DNA of 55,907 nucleotides, taken from positions 1 to 55,907 of the forward strand of contig JBHLNT010000010.1 in assembly GCA_048941265.1 (NCBI GenBank). The letters are read 5' to 3'. Position 1 is the first letter of the stretch, and every line of letters starts with the position of its first letter. The notes under the pieces were generated by a model. That model had not been told where the DNA came from. It saw only the letters and a program-made list of their open reading frames with translations, and ran no database searches. The translations under genes were made by a program, and so were the position numbers. Positions 20,626 through 30,543 of the stretch are shown here, piece after piece. The DNA comes from Promethearchaeota archaeon (GTDB lineage: Archaea > Asgardarchaeota > Lokiarchaeia > Sigyniarchaeales > SOKP01).

Positions 20626-21336
20626 TTATCTTTCTCTTATTAATGTCTTTTTCATCCAGTCGGGCATGATCCAACCAAAATAAAAAGCAATTGAACTTAA
20701 CATCAAGATTATTCGGGTTATAGGATAATCTAAGATTGCGTCTAAAAAGGAACCTATTGCCCAGGCTAAAAATGCCACGAGTAAAAATTTACCTTTTAAT
20801 CTAACTTCTGGATTATCAGATCTTAATGATGTTCGAGAAAATAACATACCAGTAATAAAGATGATAATAATTAATATCACAAAATAGATTATTATGATAT
20901 TCGTCCAGTCTGTATCAACAGGTCCCTGCTTAACTCCAATAAGTTTTGTATTAGTAAGAAGGGCATAAATGATATAACTTTCAAATAATGCTCCGAAGAT
21001 CGTAAATATTATTATAATTAATTTCTGCCTGTTTTTATAAAGCAATTCACTGAATGCAGCCATCCATAATATAAGAAAAAATGGAATAAGACCAATCCCT
21101 ATTAAAAAATAGAGCACATCTGGAATTGGATTACCAGTTATAAGGACAGATAAAAACGAGACAGAAACTGCTATATATGGACATGGAAATCCCATCCATC
21201 CAATTCCTACATAAAGTAAGGTTTTTTGCTTATATTCAAAATATTTCAGCGATATCTTTAAACCGACGAAAAAAACAATGACAACAAAAATAAATCCTGT
21301 AAGACCATTTAAAAATTCATTTGGTGTTAATGTCAA
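20626..21336 (-). CDS. Stand-alone 7-TM membrane protein
   Basis: Seven hydrophobic segments counted by eye. TTG start after GGGGA. No soluble output domain. Confidence 0.75.
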   Translation of the reverse strand: MTLTPNEFLNGLTGFIFVVIVFFVGLKISLKYFEYKQKTLLYVGIGWMGFPCPYIAVSVSFLSVLITGNPIPDVLYFLIGIGLIPFFLILWMAAFSELLYKNRQKLIIIIFTIFGALFESYIIYALLTNTKLIGVKQGPVDTDWTNIIIIYFVILIIIIFITGMLFSRTSLRSDNPEVRLKGKFLLVAFLAWAIGSFLDAILDYPITRIILMLSSIAFYFGWIMPDWMKKTLIRER

Positions 21337-21478
21337 TTTATATCCCCAAATTTTAATTTTACATTTTCAGATACGTATTATAATATAATTGTACTTGAAT
21401 GATTATAAATATTTAACGCAGTAAATTCCAAATAATCATTAATTAAAGACAAGCTTAAATTCAAAGTGGTGTTCTTTT

Positions 21479-22345
21479 CTACTTTATCTCTTCAAATTTC
21501 TTCTCTAGTTCATTATAATATGGCATTCCTAAAAATTCATTGAGTTCGGCGAATGATTGGAGCACCTCCTTGAATTCTCTCTGACGACCTGTTTCTTTTA
21601 GGAGCCGAACATCTTCTCGACATGCTAATATTGCTGCGGCCAAACATACCCCTGGATATATTGCGATCGAATACCCCATATCTTTCAATTCTTCAGCCGC
21701 TAAATTCGGAGTTCTTGGCGCCATATTTATAAGAAGGGGCTTTTTACTGAAGAGTTTTGGGATCTTTCTCATCTGATTTTTCGTTTTTGGAGCTTCCACA
21801 AAAATAATATCTGCTCCTGCTTCAGCGAAGAGATGTGCCCGCTCAATGGCATTTTCTAATCCATGGGTTGCAATAGCATCTGTTCTGGCAATAATTAAAA
21901 AATCCGGGTTTTTCCTGGCTTCTACCGCTGCTTTTAACTTATTTACCATTTCACTTTCATCGATCACTTCCTTACCCAACATGTGACCGCATCTTTTCGG
22001 CCAAACCTGATCCTCAATATGAATTGCGGCAACACCCGCCTTTTCATATTCCTTTACAGTTCGATCCACATTTATAACAGTCCCATACCCCGTATCTGCG
22101 TCTGCGATAAGAGGAACATTAATAGCATTTACAATTCTATTGGCATTTTGAACCATTTCGGTCATAGTCAATAACCCTCTATCAGGTAAGCCGAAATGAA
22201 AAGCAGAGGTTCCAAATCCTGTCATATACACCGAATTAAATCCTTCTGATTCTATTATTCTGGCTGTTAAAGCATCATAAGCACCTGGTGCCATAATAAA
22301 CTCACCATTCTTAATCATATCATTTAATCTCTTTGATTCTTCCAT
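21479..22345 (-). CDS. prpB: Isocitrate lyase/PEP mutase family lyase (2-methylisocitrate/2,3-dimethylmalate lyase-like)
   Basis: PGAYD, DADTGYG, IEDQ..PKRCGH, ARTDA, FVEA. The KRCGH loop is shared by PrpB and related lyases, so the substrate is uncertain. Confidence 0.82.
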   Translation of the reverse strand: MEESKRLNDMIKNGEFIMAPGAYDALTARIIESEGFNSVYMTGFGTSAFHFGLPDRGLLTMTEMVQNANRIVNAINVPLIADADTGYGTVINVDRTVKEYEKAGVAAIHIEDQVWPKRCGHMLGKEVIDESEMVNKLKAAVEARKNPDFLIIARTDAIATHGLENAIERAHLFAEAGADIIFVEAPKTKNQMRKIPKLFSKKPLLINMAPRTPNLAAEELKDMGYSIAIYPGVCLAAAILACREDVRLLKETGRQREFKEVLQSFAELNEFLGMPYYNELEKKFEEIK

Positions 22346-22496
22346 AATTTCACTCTTTTTCTAAAAATAAATTCGTAATTTTTTTAAAAAATTTAAGTAA
22401 TATTCCATGTATTAAGTATATAAAAGTTTAGAATTAAGTTATAATTATTAACTTAAAAATTAAATTAAAAGTAAAACAGAAGAATGGATTGATAAT

Positions 22497-23459
22497 ATGG
22501 CCGATCATGCAATTATTTTTAATCCCGTAGCTGGTGGTGCCGAAAAAGCTAATAAAGATATCGAATTTGCCCGTAAATGTTTAGACGATTTAAATGTTTC
22601 CTACAAGATCTTTGCGACCGAATATGCACAGCATGCGATTGAGTTGGCAAGCCAGTGTGCTAAAGATGGATATCGGGTACTAGCGGCAGGAGGTGATGGA
22701 ACCCACAATGAGGTTCTCCACGGCGTTATAACTTCTAAATCTGGAGCTCTATGCGGATTTATACCCCTTGGATCTGGAAATGATATACCAGGAGCAATTG
22801 GTATAAGACCTGATGTTAAAAGAGCTTGCGAAATCATTGCTGAGGGAAAATCCAGCAAAGCCGATATAGGATTAGCAATCACAGAGGCAGGTGTTGAAAG
22901 GTATTTCTTAGGTATAGGGAGCCAAGGTTTTGATGCCGAAGTCGCCAGGAGGGCTAATTTACCTGGTGCGTCTAAAAATTATAGCGCAATAGTCATGAAA
23001 GCAGTATTTAGCTGGAAAAGTAAGGAAATAAAAGCCATTATGGATGATGATGTTTATGAGGGAATGGCAAACCTGACTGCTGTTGGAAATGGTCCTACTT
23101 ATGGGGGATGGATGTATGTATGCCAAAGAGCCCGAGTAGATGATGGAATCTTTCACATTAGTATCGTCGACATTGGAAAGCTAAAGTTGTTGCTTCAATT
23201 TAAAAGAATGTATAAGGCTAAACTTTTACCACATCCGAATGTATTTGAGTATACAAGTAAAAAAGTGAGGATAGAAATGAAAGATCCCGAAGAACCTAAT
23301 CCGTATCATTGTCAAGTTGATGGTGAGGTCATAGGTAATGTGCCAGTTAACTATGAATGCATAAAGGACGGATATGAATTTATACGACCAGAAATAGATG
23401 AAGTTGCTGAAGCGTTCAAAGAAAAATATGGACACTATTTTTATGAATGTGAGGAATGA
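22497..23459 (+). CDS. Diacylglycerol/lipid kinase family (YegS/BmrU/DgkB-like)
   Basis: NPVAG, AAGGDGT, PLGSGND, GFDAEV, NGPTYGG, QVDGE. Confidence 0.9.
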   Translation: MADHAIIFNPVAGGAEKANKDIEFARKCLDDLNVSYKIFATEYAQHAIELASQCAKDGYRVLAAGGDGTHNEVLHGVITSKSGALCGFIPLGSGNDIPGAIGIRPDVKRACEIIAEGKSSKADIGLAITEAGVERYFLGIGSQGFDAEVARRANLPGASKNYSAIVMKAVFSWKSKEIKAIMDDDVYEGMANLTAVGNGPTYGGWMYVCQRARVDDGIFHISIVDIGKLKLLLQFKRMYKAKLLPHPNVFEYTSKKVRIEMKDPEEPNPYHCQVDGEVIGNVPVNYECIKDGYEFIRPEIDEVAEAFKEKYGHYFYECEE

Positions 23460-23460
23460 T

Positions 23461-23482
23461 CTCTTTTTTTTCCTTTTTTTTT
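23461..23482 (+). terminator. Archaeal U-rich terminator
   Basis: Two long T tracts directly after the lipid-kinase stop codon. Confidence 0.5.
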
Positions 23483-23566
23483 AAGAATATACCTTCTTAG
23501 ATATTAAAGAAATATTTTTAAAAAACTATTATTTATTCTTTACATACTTAAACCTTCATTTAAAAA

Positions 23567-25006
23567 ATGAATGAAATGAATTCAATAAAGAAAGAAATTG
23601 TTCCTTCAATGCAAGAAATGATAGATTTGACTGCCGAAATATTTAATCAAGGTATTCGCCTTCCGGGATATCCAGCAGACTATTGGGCTGAAAATTGGAT
23701 TAAAGAGCAATTTGAGTCTTTGAATCTGCAGAATATCAAATTTGATCCGATCAATGTAAAAAAATGGGAAGCATCTAATGCTAAACTTGAAATTTGGCTG
23801 ATTAATAATCCGACTGAGAGATTTGACATACCTTGTTTTCCTATTCCTTATACTTCACCAACTAATGGTGTTGAAGCTGAACTTAGCATGATTTCTGATG
23901 ATCATGATTTATCAGGAAAGATAGCCGTTTATGAGTTGAATTTAACAAAATTTCCCGTCAAATTGATGGCATCTCTTAGAGGAGCCGATCGATATTATGA
24001 TCCTAAGAATGAATTTGAAACTTTGGAGCAAACTGTTCCATTCGATATAAACTTTCAAAATGTAGTAGAACCCGCGTATGAAAAAAACGCATTAGCACTC
24101 ATAGGAATACTTTCTGGGTACCCTTGTGAATCAGATAAATATTATGTTCCGTATGATGCTGTGGAGAGAAAAATTCCGGGTATTTGGGTTTCTGGAAAAA
24201 ATGGGAAGAAAATTATGGATTTAATGAAAAAAGGCAAAGTAAGTGCAAAACTCTCTTACAATGGAAAGATTTCAGAGGTAATATCTCATAACATTACAGG
24301 AACCTTACCAGGAGGAATGTCTAATGAATGGATAGTAATTGGGACTCACCATGATGGTCCTTGGAATTCAGCAGTAGAAGATGCCTCTGGAATGGCATTA
24401 GTATTGGCACAAGCAAAATATTGGTCGCAGATCCCTGAAGAACAACGTCCATTCAATTTGATGTTTTTAATGAACGGAGCTCATATGGCTGGAGGATTAG
24501 GTCAAGCAGAATTCGTAAAAAGAAATAAGGAATTTTTAAAGAACGTAGTAATAGCCATTCATTTGGAACATGTCGCCCGGGATGTGAAACGTGAAAACGG
24601 AAGAATGATTCCTTTAGATGATCCTACTGTACGGTGGTGGTTTGTAAGTCGAATATTACCACTTGAAGAAATAACAGAAGAAGCAATTATCAAAGAGGAT
24701 TTACAACGCTCGCTTTTCCTTCCTCCGGATGATTTTATTCCAGGCGCGGATGGTCCTCCCACTGATGGGCATAGCTATCAACCTGCAGGAATCCCTTTCA
24801 TCTCATTTTTAACGGCTCCACCTTATCTGTTTGATTCTGAAGATACGATGGATAAAATCCATGAAAAAAGTTTTGTGCCCCTCACACGAGCAGTGATACG
24901 GATTATTAACTCATTAAAAGGCCATACTGCTAAAGGATTACGGGATCAGGTTCTTACAAAGAGGGAAAGACGAAGAATACGAAAAAAACAAATAAAAGAG
25001 AACTGA
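23567..25006 (+). CDS. M28 metallopeptidase-fold protein with PA domain, non-canonical ligand set
   Basis: NITGTLPG, THHDG, AVEDASG, LMNGAHM, HLEH, SEDT. Confidence 0.78.
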   Translation: MNEMNSIKKEIVPSMQEMIDLTAEIFNQGIRLPGYPADYWAENWIKEQFESLNLQNIKFDPINVKKWEASNAKLEIWLINNPTERFDIPCFPIPYTSPTNGVEAELSMISDDHDLSGKIAVYELNLTKFPVKLMASLRGADRYYDPKNEFETLEQTVPFDINFQNVVEPAYEKNALALIGILSGYPCESDKYYVPYDAVERKIPGIWVSGKNGKKIMDLMKKGKVSAKLSYNGKISEVISHNITGTLPGGMSNEWIVIGTHHDGPWNSAVEDASGMALVLAQAKYWSQIPEEQRPFNLMFLMNGAHMAGGLGQAEFVKRNKEFLKNVVIAIHLEHVARDVKRENGRMIPLDDPTVRWWFVSRILPLEEITEEAIIKEDLQRSLFLPPDDFIPGADGPPTDGHSYQPAGIPFISFLTAPPYLFDSEDTMDKIHEKSFVPLTRAVIRIINSLKGHTAKGLRDQVLTKRERRRIRKKQIKEN

Positions 25007-25152
25007 TGATACGTTTCTTTTTTAATACCAAATACTCGAAAAAGCTTGAACTGAAAGAATTTTGAGTAATTTCCTATTTTTTTTGCCCTAATACTTATAT
25101 TTAAATACTCTAAAAATCAATAAAAAATTATAATAATCAAGAGGATAATATT

Positions 25153-26709
25153 ATGGATCAATCTAAAACTAATTCTGAACCCACTACAGAATTTACATTC
25201 GATAGAAAAAAAATAATTGCTAATTTAATGGAATTAATACCAAAAATGAAAGAATTTCGCGAGAAATCTAAAGAGATCATACCTACTCTTAAAAAACCGG
25301 AATTACAAGTATTGGCACCTAATTCAAAAGTAATTGAAAATGATTTAAGAAAGATTTGCAGCGTACCCCATAGAAGGATTGGAACAGAAGAAGCTCATAA
25401 GATAGAAAGTTACCTTGAAACAACATTTAAAGAATTAAGGCTTGAAAATGTGAAAAAAGAAACATTTGAAGTCATCAATTGGGTAGCAACTGATTGGAAT
25501 TTAACAATTGAGGCAAATGATGAAGTTATTGAAATACCGTGTTTTTATGTGTTAAATACTGAATTTACGGATAAAAAAGGGGTTACTGCTCCCTTAATTT
25601 ATGTTGGAACTGGCTCGAAGAAGGATTTCAAAAAAATGGATGTAAATGGAAAAATTGTTGTCGCAGATATAGAATTTCCCACCTTTCCGGTAGGAAGAAT
25701 AATTAAAATGGCCGAACCATATTATGTGTCCGATCCCCAAAATTCATTTGATGAAACTACCGAAATAATTCTTACTTTTGTGCTTTCAAACTTTCTGCCT
25801 CAAACATTAGGTGGAAAACCTAGAGAGGATACAGTATATTGGCGAGCAGTACGTGGAGGGGCATTAGGATTAGTACTTATTCTACGTGACGCTCCAACCA
25901 ATATTAATTCTCATTGGGGTCCTTATGATGGTACTATGAAACCTGTCCCTGCTTTATATGTAGGAAAGTATGATGGCATGAAAGTGAGAGAATTGGCGCA
26001 AGCTGAAAATTCTCGAGGTACTCTCATTCTTACTGGATTTAAAGAAATTAGTAAAGCAAATAATATATGGGGTATACTACCAGGTCAGTCCGAAGAAATG
26101 TATATGCTTTCAACACATACTGATTCAGCGTTCGAGGGAGCATCTGAAGATGGTATTGGCGTAGCTATGGTTCTTGCTCAATTAAGAACATGGTCAAAAA
26201 TCCCAAAAGAGCAAAGACCAAAATCTTTATTATTTGTTTTGACAGCAGGTCATCTTTACGGAGGGATAGGGGCTGAACAATTTGCTAAGAAATACAGAAA
26301 TACATTGTTAAAGAAAGTGATAGTTGATATAAATCTCGAGCATTTATGTGCTAAAGAGGTCGAAGAAGACCCAGAAACTCATAATTATAGGTTTACAAAT
26401 AACCTCGCAATAGGTGCAGTGTTTTTATCTCATGATATAGACTTAGTTGCCCTTACAACAAAAGCCTTTAAGGAACATAAGATTGAACGTATGCTCTTAA
26501 TACCTGAAAACTTCTTTAATACCCCTCCAATAGGCGAGGCAGGCCATTTTACAACCCACAGTGATTTAAAAGTAATCCATTGGATACGAAATCCTTATTA
26601 TCTTCTAACAGCAGAGGATACTTTAGATAAAATTGCTATGGATAAGTTAAACCAGACTGCTCAATGTGTAACTGATTTAATAAATTCCCTGATGCATCTA
26701 CCGAAATAA
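25153..26709 (+). CDS. M28 metallopeptidase-fold protein with PA domain (tandem paralogue)
   Basis: RRIGT, PA-like LIYVGTG...GKIVV, NIWGILPG, THTD, ASEDGIG, LTAGHL, NLEH, AEDT. Confidence 0.78.
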   Translation: MDQSKTNSEPTTEFTFDRKKIIANLMELIPKMKEFREKSKEIIPTLKKPELQVLAPNSKVIENDLRKICSVPHRRIGTEEAHKIESYLETTFKELRLENVKKETFEVINWVATDWNLTIEANDEVIEIPCFYVLNTEFTDKKGVTAPLIYVGTGSKKDFKKMDVNGKIVVADIEFPTFPVGRIIKMAEPYYVSDPQNSFDETTEIILTFVLSNFLPQTLGGKPREDTVYWRAVRGGALGLVLILRDAPTNINSHWGPYDGTMKPVPALYVGKYDGMKVRELAQAENSRGTLILTGFKEISKANNIWGILPGQSEEMYMLSTHTDSAFEGASEDGIGVAMVLAQLRTWSKIPKEQRPKSLLFVLTAGHLYGGIGAEQFAKKYRNTLLKKVIVDINLEHLCAKEVEEDPETHNYRFTNNLAIGAVFLSHDIDLVALTTKAFKEHKIERMLLIPENFFNTPPIGEAGHFTTHSDLKVIHWIRNPYYLLTAEDTLDKIAMDKLNQTAQCVTDLINSLMHLPK

Positions 26710-26817
26710 GATTAACTTTACTATTTTTTTGTCATTAAATTATTGGTTAAATAGTTTTAAATTAGAAATTCATATATTCAAATATATTATGAATAAATTA
26801 ATTGAGATGAATGAATA

Positions 26818-27801
26818 ATTAAAGCTGCCGTGTTTGAAGATATTAAAAAAATCATAGTTAAAGATGATTATCCTGAACCAACATCGGGTCCTGATGATGT
26901 CATTGTAAAGGTTCATTATTGTGGAATATGTGGAAGTGATCTTACCAATTTTAAATATAAAATGTATCAAGTACCTCTTGTAATGGGACATGAATTCTCT
27001 GGAGAGATTGTTAAAATTGGAGAGAACATTATTGATTTTAAAATTGGAGATAGAGTCTGCGGCATTAATGTATCTCTTGATTTAGCTGGAGGAGGTCAAT
27101 TGGATGGATTAGGTATTTTTCGGGATGGCGGATTTGCAGAGTATGTTAAAGTTCCCAAGAAATATTTGTTTAAAATACCGGATAATGTATCTATCAAAGA
27201 AGCGGCGTTAATCGAATCTTTCGCGAATGCTACAAGAGGCGCAAAATTATCTAATATTGGAGAGAATCAAAATATTATGATTCTTGGTGGAGGCAATATT
27301 GGACTTTGTTTTATGAATTACTTACTTGCTGAAAAGAATCCTAATTACATGGTAGTTATTGAACCACATTCGTTTCTAAGAGAAAAAGCTAAAGAAATGG
27401 GGGCAACAGACGCAATTCCACCAAATAAAATTAAAATAAAGAAATTTTTAAAAGAATATGGACCTCCTACTTTCATATTTGACTGTGCTGGTTTTGAGAG
27501 CACGATTAATATGGCTATTGATCTCATAAAAAAAGGAGGTACTATAATTTTAGTTGGTGTCCATAAGGGAACTGTGTCGCTACCTATGTTTTTACTGAAT
27601 TCGAAGGAAGCTTGTCTTAGAGGTATACTCGGACATGATGTAGAAGATATTCATGCCTCTATAAATTTCTTTGCGAAAAGGAAAGTAGATGTAAATAAAC
27701 TCATATCTGAGATTATTCCCTTAGATGATATTCAAAGAGGATTTGAAAAATATCTTGAACCTGGGGAAAGAGAATTTATAAAGATTTTAGTTAAACTGTA
27801 G
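26818..27801 (+). CDS. Zn-dependent medium-chain alcohol/polyol dehydrogenase, probable ATT start
   Basis: CGICGSD, GHE, GGFAEY, GGGNIG. No structural-Zn Cys cluster. The frame upstream of the track GTG reads TGA ATA ATT AAA GCT GCC GTG, giving (M)KAAVFE. Confidence 0.88.
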   Translation: MKAAVFEDIKKIIVKDDYPEPTSGPDDVIVKVHYCGICGSDLTNFKYKMYQVPLVMGHEFSGEIVKIGENIIDFKIGDRVCGINVSLDLAGGGQLDGLGIFRDGGFAEYVKVPKKYLFKIPDNVSIKEAALIESFANATRGAKLSNIGENQNIMILGGGNIGLCFMNYLLAEKNPNYMVVIEPHSFLREKAKEMGATDAIPPNKIKIKKFLKEYGPPTFIFDCAGFESTINMAIDLIKKGGTIILVGVHKGTVSLPMFLLNSKEACLRGILGHDVEDIHASINFFAKRKVDVNKLISEIIPLDDIQRGFEKYLEPGEREFIKILVKL

Positions 27802-27830
27802 GTTTATATCTTAATTATTAATTAAAATAA

Positions 27831-28337
27831 TTATCCCCCGGCTAATGGAGGAAAAATCGAGAGAACATCATCATTATTGAGAACAAAATTTTTATCATAT
27901 CGTGGTAAACCGTTAACTAGCATTATAATTTTCTTATCTTTAGGAATCCTGTATTTTTCTATAATGGAATTTATCGTGCTTCCTTCTGGCATATCCAATG
28001 TAGATTTAGCCGGACCATATTGCTGCAAATCAGCAAATAGTTTAACTGTAACACTAACCGTATTGTCTTTTCTGATTTCAATAAACATTAATGCCATTTT
28101 TCTGGGAAAAATTCCAATCTGATCTCCATCCATAACACTTTTTCCAGCACCGCAATACTTAAAATTAACGAAAATGTGGCTTACTTCATTTTCTTCTATG
28201 GAAAATTTGTTCAGAATATCAAACACAGTATTGATTTCTCCATCTTCTATATTTAAAATGCTGGGGGCTCCATTATTATGACCTTGATTAGGTACTTTTT
28301 CCCTTAAATCACCATATAATTTTACTTTTATTGACAT
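27831..28337 (-). CDS. Tandem double MoaD/ThiS (SAMP/ubiquitin-like beta-grasp) protein
   Basis: Repeat 1 IKVKLYGDL...DGDQIGIFP; repeat 2 VTVKLFADL...NDDVLSIFPPLAGG-stop. Confidence 0.85.
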   Translation of the reverse strand: MSIKVKLYGDLREKVPNQGHNNGAPSILNIEDGEINTVFDILNKFSIEENEVSHIFVNFKYCGAGKSVMDGDQIGIFPRKMALMFIEIRKDNTVSVTVKLFADLQQYGPAKSTLDMPEGSTINSIIEKYRIPKDKKIIMLVNGLPRYDKNFVLNNDDVLSIFPPLAGG

Positions 28338-28477
28338 TCTTTACAAGCGTGTTAAATTTTAATTAATTCTATGCATTCATCAGTGAAAAAAGATATAAAT
28401 ATATCTTTTATGTAATAAAAATTAGTGGGATAATATTCCTTAATTAAATGACAAATAAACTTAGCTAAATTAATAAT

Positions 28478-29632
28478 TTATAATTGAAGCGGGTATTCTC
28501 CATATTTCTTTGTTGCTTCAATCATCCACTTAATGCGTTGTAAAGACATTGCAGGATGCGAATTTGATGGGGAGAGAATATATCCTCCGTCAGGTCCTAA
28601 TTTTTTAATAGCATATTTTACTGCATCCTCTACTTCTTTCTTGGTACCATTCACAAGAATATACGAAGTGTCTATATTTCCGAGCAAACATAATTTATCT
28701 CCAACTTTCTTTTTGACTAAATCTAAATCAACATAAGGTGGTTCAAGACAATGAAGACCATCAAATCCCGCTTCAACGATAAAGTCAAGGAGCGAAGTGA
28801 TATCACCATCAGAATGAAAGATTATTTTACAATCCCAGTCATGAACTGCATCAGTTAATCTCTGCATGTAAGGTAATACATATTGATCAATATATTTAGG
28901 GTTAATTAAAGGACCTTTTCGGAATGCTATATCTGCTCCTTCGAAGAAAATTTTTGCTCCACACTCTTTATATGCTTTATATAATCCTAATACAATTTCT
29001 GTGGTATATTCAAACCGTTCTTTAATTAATTTTGGATCATTTCGTAATGCTCTAGCAAAATTATTCATCCCCATTCCCTGCCAGACGGGAGGAAAAACAG
29101 ATGTAAAATCATCTGTCGCCATGATACATACTAGATTTTGAAATTTTTTCGTTCTCCTTTGAATTCCTTTATAAAATTTACGAGCTTTCCTAAAAATATC
29201 TTTAAAATCTGGTTTAGGAAAATTTTCCCAGTCATTCCTGTTTTTAATGACTCCTTTATAATAATCTGGAAAGATATTACCATCAAGGTTAATAATTTTA
29301 TACCTTCTACCAAAGATATCACTGAACTCTTCTTTACTTTCGAATATTAGGGGAATAAATCCTGCACCACAAGTATCATAACCAATAACTGAGGCTGCTT
29401 CAATCATTTTTGAAAATACATTAACTTCAATTTCAGTGATAATACTATTAACCCTCTCGATCCAATCTTCTGGATATTGTGTTTCTAAATCATCTATGGC
29501 ATCAAAGGCACTTCTCGGCGGCTTTCCCAGCACTTCATCACACAACGGTCCATCTACGGCTAGTGTATGAAGGGGAACTCGATCAACAGGCTCATGATTT
29601 AACGCAGCTGAAACTCTTTCTTTACTATTCAT
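28478..29632 (-). CDS. Uroporphyrinogen decarboxylase / MtaA-CmuA-like family protein
   Basis: MNSKERV..ALNHEPVDRVP, FHSDG, LLGNID, GGYILSPSN. Confidence 0.85.
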   Translation of the reverse strand: MNSKERVSAALNHEPVDRVPLHTLAVDGPLCDEVLGKPPRSAFDAIDDLETQYPEDWIERVNSIITEIEVNVFSKMIEAASVIGYDTCGAGFIPLIFESKEEFSDIFGRRYKIINLDGNIFPDYYKGVIKNRNDWENFPKPDFKDIFRKARKFYKGIQRRTKKFQNLVCIMATDDFTSVFPPVWQGMGMNNFARALRNDPKLIKERFEYTTEIVLGLYKAYKECGAKIFFEGADIAFRKGPLINPKYIDQYVLPYMQRLTDAVHDWDCKIIFHSDGDITSLLDFIVEAGFDGLHCLEPPYVDLDLVKKKVGDKLCLLGNIDTSYILVNGTKKEVEDAVKYAIKKLGPDGGYILSPSNSHPAMSLQRIKWMIEATKKYGEYPLQL

Positions 29633-29751
29633 ATTTAATCAAAATAGAAAAATTAAGGTAATTAATAAAAATTTGTTTTAATGATTTTTGGAACTTATTA
29701 GCTAAAAGAGAGGTGTCTGACATATAATAAAATACTAAAAATCAAAAATAA

Positions 29752-30444
29752 CTAGTTTAATAGAATCCCATCTTCCATGTGGATGATTCTATCAGCACAA
29801 AACTTAAGTCTATCGTCATGTGTAGCAATGAGTATTGTAGTACCTCTTTCCTCCACAATTTTTCTAAAGTATTCACCAATATTTTTTCCGTTTTCAGAAT
29901 CTAGGTTCCCAGTTGGTTCATCTGCAAAAATTAATTTTGGTTCATTAATCAAGGCTCGAGCGATTGCCACTCGCTGACGCTCACCTCCGCTAAGGTTCTT
30001 AGGCTCGTGGTTTAATCTATGTCCCATATTGAGCATTTTCAACATATCTTCACATTTCTTTTTGTATCCATTTTTATTCAATTTTCCAATCTTACACATA
30101 AGTTCGACATTTTGTAATACTGTTAAGGACTTTACTAAATTAAAAGACTGAAATATAAAACCAATTGAATCTCGTCGAGTTTCTGTTAGAATTTCTGGTT
30201 TAGTTTTACTATCATAGATTTTATCTTCAAAATAAATATTACCCTCAGTAGGATGGAGAAGTAAGCCCATGACTGATAAAAGCGTAGTTTTTCCAGCTCC
30301 ACTAGGCCCCATAAGAATTAAAACTTCCCCTTCTTTTAATTCAAAATTAACATCTTTTAGGGCTTTTACTACAGAACCATTTAGCCCATAAAATTTAGAT
30401 ACATTTTCTAAAGTCATAATAGCAGTTTTAGACATCTTTATCAT
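29752..30444 (-). CDS. ABC transporter ATP-binding protein (LolD/MacB-type)
   Basis: GPSGAGKTT, FIFQSFNL, LSGGERQRVAIARAL, ADEPTGNLD, ATHD. Confidence 0.93.
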   Translation of the reverse strand: MIKMSKTAIMTLENVSKFYGLNGSVVKALKDVNFELKEGEVLILMGPSGAGKTTLLSVMGLLLHPTEGNIYFEDKIYDSKTKPEILTETRRDSIGFIFQSFNLVKSLTVLQNVELMCKIGKLNKNGYKKKCEDMLKMLNMGHRLNHEPKNLSGGERQRVAIARALINEPKLIFADEPTGNLDSENGKNIGEYFRKIVEERGTTILIATHDDRLKFCADRIIHMEDGILLN

Positions 30445-30543
30445 ATCTTTTTTATTCTTTAATTAAAAATTGGGATGGGGAAGTATTAAATCATTCAGAG
30501 ACCAATTTTTATCTTCCTACAAATAAAAAAACAATCAATTATG

